A stretch of 64,000 nt of DNA from Isurus oxyrinchus. Its lineage: Eukaryota. The notes below the pieces were generated by a model. That model was not told where the DNA came from and ran no database searches. It saw only the letters and a list, made by a program, of their open reading frames with translations. Below are positions 1 through 12,100 of this stretch, piece after piece. Where the stretch lies: contig JANJGN010000016.1 in the NCBI GenBank assembly GCA_026770705.1, positions 88,102,001-88,166,000 of the forward strand, read 5' to 3'. Positions within the stretch are counted from its first letter, which is position 1. Each line of letters begins with the position of its first letter. The position numbers were made by a program, and so were the translations under genes.

Positions 1-3000
1 AGGGTAGGGTTGCAGTCAAGTGGATGAGGGGGTAGAGTGTCAGGAAATTGGGTGAGGGTGTAGGGTAGGTGGCAATTGGTGAAAGGGTAGTGTGTCAGGA
101 AAGTTGATGGGTTACTGTGTCAGGTAAATGTGTGACGGGTAGGGTGGCAGGCATATGGGTGAGGGGGTTGAGTGTCAGGTAAGTGGGTGAGGGGATGGGG
201 TGGCATGCTACTGGATGAGGGGGTTGATTGTCAGGTAAGTGGGTGATGGGGTAGAGTGTCAGGTAAGTGTGTGAGTGTGTGGAGTATCAGGCAAGTGGGT
301 GAGCGGTTAGTGTGTCAGGCTATTGGGCGAGGGGGCAGAGTGTCAGTAAGTGGGTGAGGGGGCAGAGTGTCAGTAAGTGGGTGAGGGGATAGGGTGGCAG
401 GCGAGGCGGTGGTGTGGTAGGGTGTCACATAAATGGGTATGGATTAGGGTGGCAGGCGAAAGGGTCGGGTGTCAGGCAAGTGGGCAAAGGGGTAGATTGT
501 CAGGAACTAATATGATGGGTACTGGGTCATGTAAGTGGGTGAGGGTGGCAGGCGAGGGTGTTGAGTGTCAGGCAAGTGGGTGAGGTGGTAGGTTGGCTGG
601 CAAGTGTGTGAGCGGGTAGGGTGCCAGTTAAGTGTGTGAGAGGGTAGGGTGCCATTTAAGTGTGTGAGCGGGTAGGGTGCCATTTAAGTGTGTGAGAGGG
701 TAGGGTGGCTGGTAAGTTGGCCCGGGGGTAGGGTGGCAGGCAGGTGGGTGAGTGGGTAGAGTGGCAGGAAAGAGGATGAGGGGTCAGAGTGGCAGTGAAG
801 TGGGTGAGGGGGTAGTGTGACAGGCAAGTCGGCGAGGGGATACAATGGTGGGTAAGTGGGTGAGGGGGTAGGGTGCCATGTAAATGTGTGAGAGGGTAGG
901 GTGGTTGGTAAGTTGGCCAGGGGGTAGGGTGGCAGGCAAGTCGCTGAGTGGGTAGAGTGGCAGGTAAGTGGATGAGGGGTCAGAGTGGCATCAAGTGGGT
1001 GAGGGGATAGATTGTCAGATAGGTGGGTTAGTGGGTAGAGTGTCAAGCAGTTAGGTGAGTGGGTAGGGTGTCAGGTAAGTGGTAAAGAGAGTAGAGTATC
1101 TGGTAAGTGGGTGAGAGTTTTAGAGTGTCAGGTAAGTGGTGGAGAGAGTAGAGTATCTGGTAAGTGGGTGAGGGGATGGGGCATCAAGTGGGTGAGGGGG
1201 TAGATTGTCAGATAGGTGGGTTAGTGGGTAGAGGTCATGCATTTAGGTGAGGGGGTAGAGTGTCAGGTAAATGAGGGAGGTAGTAGGGTGGCAGGCACAT
1301 GGGTGAGGGGTTAGATTGTCAGGGAAGTGGGTGAGGGGGTAGGGTGGCAGGTGAGTGGGCGAGAGGGTAGAGTGTCAGGTAAGTGGTAAAGAGAGTAGAG
1401 TATCTGGTATGTGGGTGAGGGAATGGGGCATCAAGTGGGTTAGGGGGTAGAGTGTCAGGTAAGTGGTAGAGAGAGTAGAGTATCTGGTAAGTGGGTGAGG
1501 GAATGGGGCATCAAGTGGGTGAGGGGGTAGAGTGTCAGGTTTGTCCGCGAGGGAGTAGAGTGTCAGGTAAGTGGTGGAGAGAGTAGAGTATCTGGTATGT
1601 GGGTGAAGGGTTCAGAGTGCCAGTTAAGTGGGTGAGGGGAGAGTGTGTCAGGTTAGTGGGCGAGGGGGTAGAGTGTGTGGTAAATGAGTGAGGGAGTAGT
1701 GTGTAAAGGAAGTAGATGAGGGGGTAGAATGTCAGGTAGGTGGATGAGGGCGTGGAGCAGCAGGCAAGGGGGTGAGGGGGTAGAGTGTCAGGTAGGTGGA
1801 CAAGGTGATAGAATGGTGGGTAAGTGGGTGAGGGGGTAGAGTGCCAGGTAAGTGGTGAGGGGTTAGGGTAGCAGGTAAGTTGGCCAGAGGGTAGGATGGC
1901 AGGCATGTGGGTTCATGGGTAGAGTGGCAGGTAATTGGGTGAGGGGTTAGAGTATCAGTTTAGTGGGTGATGGGTTAGAGTGTCAGTTTAGTGGGTGAGG
2001 GGGTAGTGAGTCAGCTAAATGAGTGAGGGAATAGAATGGCAGTTAAGTGGGTGAGGGGGTGGAGTGTCACGAAAGTGGGTGAGGGTGTAGGGTGGCTGAC
2101 AAGTATTTGAGGGGTAGGGTGGAAGGTAAGTGGTTGAGGGGGTATTGTGTCAGGTAAGTGCTTGAGGGGGTACAGTATCAGGCAAGTGGGATAGAGGTTA
2201 GAGTGTCAGGGAAACGGATGAGCGATTAGGGTGGCAGGTTAGTGGGTGATGGGGTAAGGTGGCAGGCAAGAGGGTGAAGGGGGAAGGTGGCAGGCAAGAG
2301 GGTGAGGTGGTATTGTGGCAGTTAAGTGAGTAAGTGGGTAGGTTGTCAGGCAAGTAGGTGAGGGGGTAGTGGGTCACTACCTGGGTGAGGGAGGAGGGTT
2401 TCAGGCAAGTGGGTGAGGGGGTTGAGTGCCAGGTAAGTGGGTGAGGGGGTGGGGTGGCAGGCAAGTGGGTAAGGGGGTAGGGTGCCAGGTACTTGGGTGA
2501 GGGGCATGGTGTCAGGTAAGTGGGTGAGAGGGTTCAGTGTAAGGCAAGTGGGATAGGGGATAGAGTGTCAGGTAAGTGGGTGAGGGGATAGGGTGGCAGG
2601 CAAGTGGGTCAGGGGGAATTATGGCAGGCAAATAGGGGAGGGGCTAGTGTGTCAGGTAGGTGGGTGAGAGGGGAGGGTGACAGGCAAGTTGGTGAGTGGT
2701 TAGTGTGTCAGGTAATGGGGTGAGTGGGTGGAGTGTCAGGTAAATGGGTCAGGGTTAGGTTGGCAGGCAGGTTGGTGAGGGGTGGGGTGGCAGGCAAGTG
2801 GGTGAGTGTGTAGAGTGGAGTGTCAGATAGGTTGATGAGGCCGTAGCATGACAGGCAAGGTGGTGAGGGGGTAGGGTGGCAGGAAAATGGGTGAGTGGGT
2901 AGAATGTCAGGGAACTTGGTGATGGTGTAGCGTAACAGGCAAGTGGGTGAGGTGGTAGTGCGTCAGGTAAGTGGATGAGAGGGTAGAGTGTCAGGAAATT

Positions 3001-4150
3001 GGGTGAGGTTGTAGGGTGGATGGCAAGTGGTTGAGAGGGTAGTGTGTCAGGAAAGTGGTTGATGGGGTAGTGTGTCAGGTAAGTGTGTGACGGGCAAGGT
3101 ATCAGGTAAGTGCGTGAGGGGATAGAGTGTCAGGTAAGTGGCTGAGGGGGTAGGGTGGCATGCTAGTGGGTGAGGGGGTTGAGTGTCAGGTAAGTGGGTG
3201 AGGGGATAGAGTGTCAGGTAAGTGGGTGAGGGGGTAGGGTGGCATGCTAGTGGGTGAGGGGTTGAGTGTCAGGTAAGTGGCTGAGGGGGTAGGGTGGCAT
3301 GCTAGTGGATGAGGGGGTTGAGTGTCAGGGAAGTGGGTGAGGGGGTTGAGTGTCAGGTAAGTGGGTGAGGGGGTAGGGTGGCATGCTAGTGGGTGAGGGG
3401 GTTGAGTGTCAGGTAAGTGGCTGAGGGGGTAGGGTGGCATGCTAGTGGGTGAGGGGGTAGGGTGTCAGGTAAGTGGGTGAGGGGGTAGGGTGTCAGGAAA
3501 GTGGGTAAGGGGATAGGGTGGTAGGTATGTGGGCGAGAGGATAGGGTGGCAGGTGGGGGGTGAGTGGATAGGGTGTCAGGCAGGTGGGCTAGGGGGTAGA
3601 GCATCAGGTAATTGGCAAGTGTTTAGGGTGACAGGTGGGTGGTAGGGTGGCATGCTAGTGGGTGAGGGGGTTGAGTGTCAGGTAAGTGGCTGAGGGGGTA
3701 GGGTGGCATGCTAGTGGGTGAGGGGGTAGGGTGTCAGGTAAGTGGGTGAGGGGGGAGGGTGTCAGGTAAGTGGGTGAGGGGGTAGGGTGTCAGGAAACTG
3801 GGTAACGGGATAGGGTGGTAGGTATGTGGGCGAGAGGATAGGGTGGCAGGTGGGGGGTGAGTGGATAGGGTGTCAGGCAGGTGGGCTAGGGGGTAGAGCA
3901 TCAGGTAATTGGGCAAGTGGTTAGGGTGGCAGGTGGGCGGTGAGTGGATAGGGTGGGTCAGGGCTGGGGTGTTGCTCTTGTATTTGGATGGTTCTTGGCT
4001 GCTCGGGGGGCTATTGGGGAGGTAGGGGGGAATCTGGAGGGGCATTCGGGCTGGTGTTCAGGTCGGGTGTCATTGGGGACCAGGGGTATTCATCAGGTCA
4101 GGTGGGTAGCGGAGAGGGTTTTCCTGGGTATATTTGGGGGTTGGGGGTTT
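1..4150 (+). repeat. Degenerate G-rich ~30-bp tandem repeat (consensus ~GGGGTAGAGTGTCAGGTAAGTGGGTGAGGG), running off the left edge
   Basis: Continuous reiteration of gtgtcaggtaagtgggtgagggggtag and ggtggcaggcaagtggg variants with strong G/C strand skew. The Pro/His/Thr-rich minus ORFs are by-products. Confidence 0.92.
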
Positions 4151-4418
4151 TAGTCGTCTAGTTACCCAGGAGTTAGAACTGGTTTTAATCCTCCTAACGT
4201 TTCCCGGGTAACATTTCCAATCAGTAAGTTGGAATGATCGGAAGTCTCCGGGCTTCAAATCAGAGTTTCAGAGGGATCCAGGCACAGGGTAATTTCCCAT
4301 CGGAAGTTCAGACTTCCTGTATAATTCCCTTGTAATCAGTGTGTAGGGAATTCCGAGGGGTTCCCCAGTGCATCTTGGCCTGTGCCTCCAGGCTACCGGA
4401 GATCGGAATTTCTGGGCC
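4150..4418. mobile_element. Probable right terminus of a non-autonomous DNA transposon
   Basis: Unique tail after the G-rich array ends in GGAATTTCTGGGCC (4405-4418), resembling termini at 9450-9463 (GGAAAATTCTGGCC) and 55075-55087 (GGAAATCCCGGCC). Confidence 0.35.
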
Positions 4419-4419
4419 A

Positions 4420-5880
4420 ATGGATCAGATGACCAAAAGCTTGGCAAAGATGTTGACTTTAAGGAGTGTCTTACAGGAGGAAAGTGAGGGAGAGACGGGG
4501 AGAGGTGTAGGGAGGGAATTCCAGACATGGGGCCCAGGCAGCTGAAGGCAGGGCCACCAATGGTGGAGCGATTCTGATTAGGAATCCACCAGAGGCCAGG
4601 ATTAGAGGAGTGCAGATATCTCGGAGGGTTGTAGGGCTGGAGGAGATTCCAGAGATAGGGAGGGGTGAGGCAATGGAGGGAATTGAAAACAAGGATGGGA
4701 ATTGGAAAATCAGGATGTTGCTTGACCAGGAAACAATGTCGGTCAGTGAGAACAGGGGTGACAGGGGAACGGGACTCTCTGTGAGTTAGGACACGGGCAG
4801 CAGAGTTTTGGATGACCCCACGATTGCGGAGGGTAGAATGTGGGAGAGCAGCCAGGAGTGTATTGGAATAGTCACATCCAGAGGTAACCAAGGCATGGGT
4901 GAGGGCTTCAGCAGCTGATGAGCTGAGACTGGGGTGAAGTCGAGCGATGTTATGGAGGTGGAAATAGGCGGTCTTAGTGATGTCACGAATATGAGGTTGG
5001 AAGCTCATCTCAGGGTCAGATGTGACACCAAGGTTGTGAACAGACGGGTTTAATCTCAGACTGTTACCGGGGAGAGGGATGGAGTCAGGAGTTAGAGAAC
5101 AGAGTTTGGAGTGGGGACTGAAAACAATGGCTTCAGTCTTCCCAATATTTAATTGGAGGAATTCCTGTTCACACAGTACAGGATGTGGGATAAGCAGTCT
5201 GATAATTTAGCAACAGTGGAGGAGTTGAGAGAGGTGGTGGTGAGGTAGAGCTGGGGGTCTTCAGCGTACATGTGTAAACTAACGCTATGCTTTCGGATGA
5301 TGTGTCTGAGGGGCAGCATGTAGGTGAGAAATAGGAGGGGCCAAGGATCGATCTTTGGGGGACACCAGAGGGAACGGAGCAGGGACAGTTTTAGCAGATG
5401 AGAGGAGGAGCCGGGAGTGTTTGGAGCGTCCAGCCAGATCTGGCGGTGATGGATAAACCGGTTTCAAGTGTGCCTCCCTTGAATTGAGTGAGTGGAGATG
5501 AGGGTGGTAGCAGGGGGAAGGGCCAGGGTGAGGGAGAGGAATGGTTTTATTGGGGACTAGGATATGAAAAGTGGAGGTGAGGGTGAGGTTGTGTAAATCA
5601 GTAGCTGCAGAAATGTTGTGGTGATCGGAGGGCCAGAGACCAGATCGTTGGGATTGTGAAAGTGCAGTTGGAAGTGAATTGGGGAATAGGTTTTTCCAGG
5701 GATGGATACAGAAGGGGGTAGGGTTGGGCTGTGGAAGGGGGATGTGGGTGGGGAGTGATACAAGGAAGTGATCAGAGATGGTCTTATCTGTGATTGAAAC
5801 TATGGGAGTAGCGAGACCACGTGAGATGGGAAGGTCACGGGGAGGTCGTGAATATGGTTTGGGGAATTGTGGTTGTGATG
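4420..5880 (-). mobile_element. Decayed L2-clade LINE (RT core and C-terminal region; upstream fragments more degenerate)
   Basis: ORF 4268..5008 has the L2-like SFQPHIRDITKTAYFHLHNIARL...ALVTSGCDYSN. The minus strand at ~5250-5370 encodes decayed GVPQ.SILGPLLF and YA(E)D RT motifs. Confidence 0.8.
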
Positions 5881-6129
5881 ACTTTATCCCAGCAACTTCC
5901 AGTTTCTTTTGTGTTTTTAATCTTGTAAATTCAAGAGATTTGGGATAAAACTGATCATTTTAAAATGATTGATACTTGGCTTTGAACCAAATCTGCTGCA
6001 GATGTGTCATTGATTGACAGGCGAACCAGCCAATCAGGACAATCACTTGCTGAAATGCAGCCAATCAGCTGATGGGGAGGTGGGACATTTCCAAAGCACT
6101 CACCAGACAGAGACTGAATATTCTTAATG

Positions 6130-6230
6130 TTTATTACCTTTTACACATTGACATTTACAGAAAAAAGACTTGAATAAACAGCCCAGCCAGAGGGAGCTGG
6201 AGAAATTCACAGGGAGAATGGAGGTTTATT
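6130..6230 (-). terminator. Candidate polyadenylation signals (AATAAA at 6225-6230 and 6130-6135) for the light-chain mRNA
   Basis: TTTATT on the + strand at both positions, about 570 and 660 bp downstream of the C stop codon. Confidence 0.5.
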
Positions 6231-6433
6231 AAAACGCTTGTGGAGATTTTCTCCAGAACATGAGAATCCTGTCCCTTTAAACAGTGACTAAACCTTAAAT
6301 TGTAACTGCAGGGTGAGCAGGAAGGGGTCTGGTTTACTGAAGCAGACACTTCGGAGGGTCACATTATTTTTGTACAGCTGACAGTCTTCAGCATCTTAGA
6401 GAGGTTTAACTTAGCGTCACGAGATTAAACTGA

Positions 6434-6638
6434 CCCATCAAACACTCCCAGGACAGGTGCTGCAGGGGGCTAGATACAGAATAAAGGTCCCTCTACACTG
6501 TCCCCATCAAACACTCCCAGGACAGGTACAGCACGGGGTTAGATACAGAGTAAAGGTCCCTCTACACTGTCCCATCAAACACTCCCAGGACAGGTACAGC
6601 ACAGGGTTAGATACAGAGTAAAGATCCCTCTACACTGC
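6434..6638. repeat. 68-69-bp tandem repeat, ~3 copies (cccatcaaacactcccaggacaggtacagcacggggttagatacagagtaaaggtccctctacactgt)
   Basis: Unit starts at 6434, 6503 and 6571. It lies in the predicted 3' UTR of the C exon. Confidence 0.9.
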
Positions 6639-6797
6639 ACCAATAACGTGCCTTAACCCCTGACCCTCAGAAGTGTCTCAGAGCCGGTCCTGAGAAGGAA
6701 GAGAGTTGTAATTTGGTGCTGACAATGACCTTTGCCCTCCCAGCTCACCCCTGTTCTATTTAAAGTTGTATCTCCTCTGTGGACTGTCTCTAACACT

Positions 6798-7126
6798 CTA
6801 CGCACATTCTGATCTCCTGATGCTCTTGCTGAGGGGAGAGGAAAGACTCTCGTGGGTGACGACACAGGAGAAGCTGGCGTTGGACTCCCAGCCGGAGCCA
6901 GAGAGGGTCAGCAGGCTGCTGACGCTGTAGGTGCTGTCCGAAGCTCGCAGGTAGTTGCTGGTCTGAACCCCGTCCGAAATGGCTGCACCGTCCTTCTTCC
7001 ACTCCACCTTCACCTCATCGGGATAGAAGTGATTGGCAAGGCACACCAGGGTGGCAGTGCCCTTGGTCTTGACCTCCTCTGGGGAGGGGGGCAGCAGGGT
7101 CACTGTGGGTGGTGACTTCTCTCTGC
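6798..7126 (-). CDS. IGKC: Immunoglobulin light chain constant exon, kappa type (shark type III/NS4-like)
   Basis: Acceptor ttccatttcAG at 7127-7128. The exon reads (S)REKSPPTVTLLPPSPEEVKTKGTATLVCLANHFYPDEVKVEWKKDG...STYSVSSLLTLSGSGWESNASFSCVVTHESLSSPLSKSIRRSECA*. It is a C1-set domain with both Cys, the Trp and the terminal inter-chain Cys. Phase matches the J donor. TAG at 6798-6800. Confidence 0.96.
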
Positions 7127-7299
7127 CTGAAATGGAAGAGGAGGAAGTTTAATCAGTGTCATTATAATGTATTTCAACTTCCCGAATATTAACTGGGATC
7201 AAATCTGTGTAAATGTTTAGATGATGTCAAATTCTTATAATCCATCCAGGCGAATTCTTTTAGCCCGAATGTAACAAACCCAACAGAGAAGGGGCAGTT

Positions 7300-7560
7300 T
7301 TAGACAATTTCAGGGAATGAATCTGGCCAGGTGGAAGGTGTATCAGTGGGAGAGTATTTGGGTAATAGTGATCATAATTCAGTTAGATTTAGAGCAGTTA
7401 TGGAAAAGGATAAAGATAGACCAAGTGTAAAAGTTATAAATTAGGGAAAGGCCAATTTATCTAAGCTGCGATTTGCCGAAATGGACAGGAAACAGCAACT
7501 TGAAGGTAAATCAGTGTCAGAGCAGTGGGAGGTTTTCATGGAGGATTAAGAAATATTGGA
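7300..7560 (+). mobile_element. CR1 LINE fragment (end of endonuclease domain/linker)
   Basis: Encodes EYLGNSDHNSVRF, the SDH motif of APE endonucleases. Confidence 0.7.
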
Positions 7561-7649
7561 TGGGATAAAAACAGTGCGGAATTATCCCAGATTTGCACAA
7601 AGTGCAATGGCGGGTGGGAGAAAGATCGTTTTACATCCTCTGTGGCCTT

Positions 7650-8200
7650 GCCACTCTCAGTCTTTCCTCCAAGCAGTGTTCAACATGGAGGGGCACTGAT
7701 TCATCAACTGAGGGAGGGGGTACGTGGTAATCAGGAGGAGGTTTCCTTCCCTGTGTTTGACCTGATGCCATGAGAATTCATGGTGTCCGGAGTGGATTTT
7801 GAGGATTCCCAGAGCAACTCCCCACTGACTGTATGCCACTGTGTTGCCACCTGTGCTGTGTCTGACCTGCTGGTGGGACAGGACATACCCGGGGATGGTG
7901 ATGGTGGAGTCTGGGTCATTATCTGTAAGGTATGATTCTGTGAAGATGACTCTGTCAGGCTGTTGCTTGACTGGTCCGTGAGACAGTTCTCCCACGTTTG
8001 GCACTAGCCCCCAGATGTTAGTAAGGGGGACTTTGCAGGGTCAACGGGGCTGAGATTGCCGTTGTTGTTTCCGGTGCCTAGGTAGATACCGGGTGGTCAG
8101 TCCAGTTTCATTCCTTTTTTGTGACTTTGTAGAAGTTTCTTACAACTGAATGGCGGCTGGGCCACTTCAGAGGGCAGTTAAGAGTCAACACATCGCTGTG
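7650..8200 (-). mobile_element. LINE endonuclease fragment (CR1/L2-group)
   Basis: ORF 7657..8004 contains QQPDRVIFTESYL...ITIPGYVLSH...GG..LLITTY, an APE-type endonuclease N-terminus. Confidence 0.75.
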
Positions 8201-8209
8201 TGGCACACA

Positions 8210-9190
8210 GCAACACCTGGAAAATTGCCCAGGTATGTCCTGTACACAAAAAGCAGGACAAATCCAACCTGGCCAATTACCGCCCCATCAGTCTACTCTC
8301 CATCAACAGTAAAGTAATGTAAGGGGTCATCAACTGTGCTAACAAGTGGCACTTCCTCAGCAATAACCAGCTCACTAACGCCCAGTTTGGGTTCTGCCAG
8401 GGCCGCTCAGCTGCTGACCTCATTACAGCCTCAATTCAGACATGGACAGTGGAGCTGAACTCCCGAGGTGAGGAGAGAGTGACTGTCATCGACATCAAGG
8501 CCGCATTTGACTGAGTGTGGTGTCAAGGACCCGAGCAAAACTGGAGTCAGAGGGAATCGGGGGAAAACTCTTTGTGGGTTGGAGTCATACCTAGCAGAAA
8601 GGAAGATGGTTGTGGTTGTTGGAGGTCAGTCATCTCAGCTCCAGGACATCACTGCAGGAGTTCCTCAGGGTAGTGTCCTCAGCCCAACCATCTACAGCTG
8701 TTTCATCAATGACCTTCCTTCCATCATAAGGTCAGAAGTCAGTGTGTTCGCTGAAGATTGCATAATGTTCAGCACCTCAGATACTGGAGCAGTCCCTGTA
8801 CAAATGCAGCAAGTCCTGGACAATATCCAGGCTTGGGCTGACAAGTGGCAAGTAACATACATGCCACACAAGTGCCAGGCAATGACCATTTCCAACAAGA
8901 GGGAACCCAACCATCGCCCCTTGATGTTCAATGGCATTACCATCACTGAATCCCCCACTATCAATGTCCTGGGGGTTACCATTGAGCAGAAACTGAAGTG
9001 GACTAGCCATATAAATACTGTGGCTACAAGAGCAGGTCAGAGGCTAGGAATCATGTGACGAGTAACTCACCTCCTAACTCTCCAAAGCCTGTCCACCATC
9101 TACAAAGCACAAGTCAGGAATGTGTTGGAGTACTCTCCACTTGCCTGGATGAGTGCATCTCCAACAACACTGAAGAAGCTGGACACTGTA
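8210..9190 (+). mobile_element. LINE reverse-transcriptase fragment (CR1/L2-group)
   Basis: Contains WKIAQVCPVHKK, NYRPISLL and AGVPQGSVLSPTIYSCFINDL...FAED...WADKWQV; interrupted by stops and frameshifts. Confidence 0.88.
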
Positions 9191-9463
9191 TTTAAACTGC
9201 AGCCGTGCGCACACTTCTCAATGCTTGCAGCCCGGGGCTGCTCCGGTGAAGACTTGGCCCCAAAAACCAAGCAGAGTGCAGCCCCCGATTCAGTGACACA
9301 TTCCTGGGATGCCTTCTGGACACTGTGGAGGCCCATCCTGATGTCCTCTAACCCCGCTCTGGCCACAGGAGGGCCATTAGTTTCAGATTTTTGGCTGTCT
9401 CACCATATTATTCCCACTGCTCACCATGACACCTGACACCAATGGGGCCGGAAAATTCTGGCC
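9190..9463. mobile_element. Terminal fragment of a PIF/Harbinger-type element
   Basis: caccatgacacctgacaccaatggggccggaaaattctggcc closely resembles the right end of the 50962-55087 element (caccatgacacccgccaccactgggagcaggaaatcccggcc). Confidence 0.55.
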
Positions 9464-9529
9464 ATAGTGAGAGAGGAAATATTAATTGTTGAAAAATATT
9501 CTGAGGGAAATTTTAAACAGCTTTGAGAA

Positions 9530-9780
9530 AGATACGACTAAGGACAGTCAACATGGACTTGTTAAGGGAAGGCTGTGTCTGACTAAGTTGCTTGAATTTT
9601 TTGAGGAGGTAACAAGGAGGGTTGATGAGGGGAGCGAGTTTGATGTGGTCTATTAGGATTTTAGCAAGACTTCTGACAAGGTTCCACATGACAGACTGCT
9701 CAGAAAATTAAAAATTCATGGGATCCCAGGGAAAGGGGCAAGTTGTGTTTCAAATTAATTGAGCGGGAGGAGGTAAATGT
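9530..9780 (+). mobile_element. CR1 RT fragment
   Basis: Decayed SQHG.VKGRLCLTKLLEFFEEVT...DFSKTSDKVPH motifs. Confidence 0.8.
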
Positions 9781-10067
9781 TTGATTTTAAGCTGGTTAAA
9801 TCATATTGGGCTGTTACTTAGACATTTGTAAAGAGGGTTACCACAAATTCAGCACTGAAATGGTTAATAGTAAGAGTGTTTAAAGACTCAGTGTCCCTCT
9901 AAGACACTGTTAAGCTGTCAGGAAGCTCTGACTATTGATCAGCCTGTCCGGGGGAAACAGGTTCACATTAACAATCCTCAGATCACACACACATCGAGAG
10001 AACTTTATCCCAGAATGTTGGAGCACACTTGGATCAACCCACTTCAGAAAGGATTCAGATTGGGTGT

Positions 10068-11520
10068 CATAGAATAAAATGATAGAAAGTTTCTGGCACA
10101 GAAAGAGACCACTCGGCCCATCACGTCTGTGCCACTGAAATACGAGCCGTCCGGCCGAATCCCACTTTCCAGCATTTGGTCTGTAGTCCTCCAGGTTAAG
10201 GCTCTTGAGGTTCGTATCCAGACACCTTTTAAATGGGTTGATGGTTCCTGCCTCTGTGACCCTTTCAGACCGTGAGTTCCAGAGCCTCATCTCCCATCTA
10301 AACTTTCTCCCAGTCACTATAAATATAACTAATGATTTATCCAGTTCCAGCATAACCTCCTTGCGCTATACCTCGGCTAATGATTGAAAGGATTCCATGT
10401 TCCTACTTAACCACCTTATCGACCTGTTCTGCTACCTTCAGGTGTCTGGACATTCACCCCAAGGTCCCTCACTTCCTCTACACCTCTCAGTATCTTCCCA
10501 ATTATTGTTTATTCCTTTGCTTTGTTTGTCCTCCTCAGATGCATCACCTCACACTTCTCTGGGGAGAATTCCATTTGCCACTTTTCTGTCCACCTGACCA
10601 GTCCATTGATATCTTCCTACAGCCTACAACAATCCTCCTTGTTATCTACCATGCAGCCAATTTTTGTGTCGCCTGTAAACTCCTTGATCAATCCCCTACA
10701 TTTATGTCCAAATCATTAATATACACACAAAAAGCAGGGGACCTAGGCCTGAGCCTTGCATAACCACACTGGAAACAGCCTTCCAGTCACAAAAACACCA
10801 TCAATAATTACCCTTTGTTCCTGGCCACTGAGCTAATTTTGTATCCAACGGGCCCCATTCCCCTGGACCCCATTGTCTTTTATTTTAAGAACCAGTCTGC
10901 CATGTGGAACCTTCTCAAAAACCTTGCTAAATTCCATGTAGATAACATCAACTACACTACCCTCATCAATCCTCCTTGTTAGTTCCTCAAAAAAGATCAA
11001 CAGATTAGTCAGACATGACTAATCCAAATCCATGCTGACTGTCCTGGATTAATCTGTGCCTTTCTAAGTGATAGTTTATCCTGCCCATCAGAATTGATTC
11101 CAATTATTTGACCACCAACGAGGACACAATGACTGGCCTGTAATTATTTGGCTTAAACAAAGGTGCAACATTATCAGACCTCCAATCCTCCGGCACCTCA
11201 CCTGTATCTAGTGAGGATTGGAAAATGAGGATCAGACCCTTCGCAATTTCCTCCCTGGTTTCTGATAACAGCCTGGGGCACATTTCACTCTCAAGGATGC
11301 TAATCGCCCTCATACTTCCTCTCTCCCTATGTTTATCACATCCAATATTTCACACTCCTCCTCCATAACAACAATGTCTAATTGTTCCCTTTCTTTTGTG
11401 AAGACAGACACAAAGTATTCATTCAGAACCATACCCACATCCTCCCCCTCCTCACATAGGTTACCTTTTTGGTCTTTTATGGGACCTACTCATCCCTTAG
11501 TTATCCTCTTACTCTAAATG
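10068..11520 (-). mobile_element. Decayed, internally deleted CR1 LINE with 3' tail
   Basis: Minus-strand TGEVPEDWRS.NVAPLFK..NYRPV motif and RT remnants; WNS..ERVTEAGT and AGKWD C-terminal motifs; (ATTCT)-like tail near 10070. Confidence 0.85.
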
Positions 11521-11694
11521 TATTGGGAAAAAAGCTTTGGGTGTTGAAGGTTCTAGATTTCATTTCAAACCTTGCCAGCCAGCACTGGGGTGATGTTAAT
11601 GGTGAGGCTTCAATTAGTCTCAGAGTCTGGGGGTCAGACAGGGTCAGTGCGAGGTCAATGGCACCTCACAGGGACAGCATCAGGAATCTCCAAC

Positions 11695-12100
11695 TTCAAA
11701 GAAAGGCTTGCATTTCAATGGCACCTATAACCAACTCAGGATGTCCCAGATTGTTCCACAGCCAACTGTGCACAGCAAGATCCCAGATAGCGGATTGACA
11801 ATGACCAGATAATCAGATGTGTAGTGATGCAGATTGAGGGATAAATATTGTCCAGGAAATCCGGGGGAACTCTCCTGCTCTTCTTCTCACAGCGCCGTGG
11901 GATATTTGACATCCCCCTGAGAGGGCAGACCTCAGTTTGTCTCATCTGAAAGACGGCTCCTCTGACAGTGCTGCCCTCCCTCAATACTGCACTGGAGTCT
12001 CAGCCTGGATTATGTGCTCAAGTCTCTGGAGTGGGATTTGAACCCACAACATTGTGGCTCTGAGGGGAGAGTGCTACCCATTGAGGCATGGCCGACACCT
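11695..12100 (-). mobile_element. tRNA-derived SINE, DeuSINE/SacSINE1-like
   Basis: Minus strand has a tRNA-like head (ctcaatgggtagcactc...GGTTCAAATCCC B box), a Deu-domain-like body (gtctttcagatgagac, aatatttatccctca) and an L2-like tail (aaatgcaagcctttc). Family recognised from memory. Confidence 0.75.

Noticed and set aside
377-4153. Pro/His/Thr-rich ORFs
   Set aside because: Translations of the G-rich tandem repeat.
6144-6170. Kde/RS-like RSS downstream of C (CACATTG...ACAGAAAAA)
   Set aside because: The spacer is only 6 nt, so it fits neither 12 nor 23.
12030-12100. tRNA gene (B box GGTTCAAATCC on the minus strand)
   Set aside because: It is the degenerate head of a SINE and continues into the SINE body.
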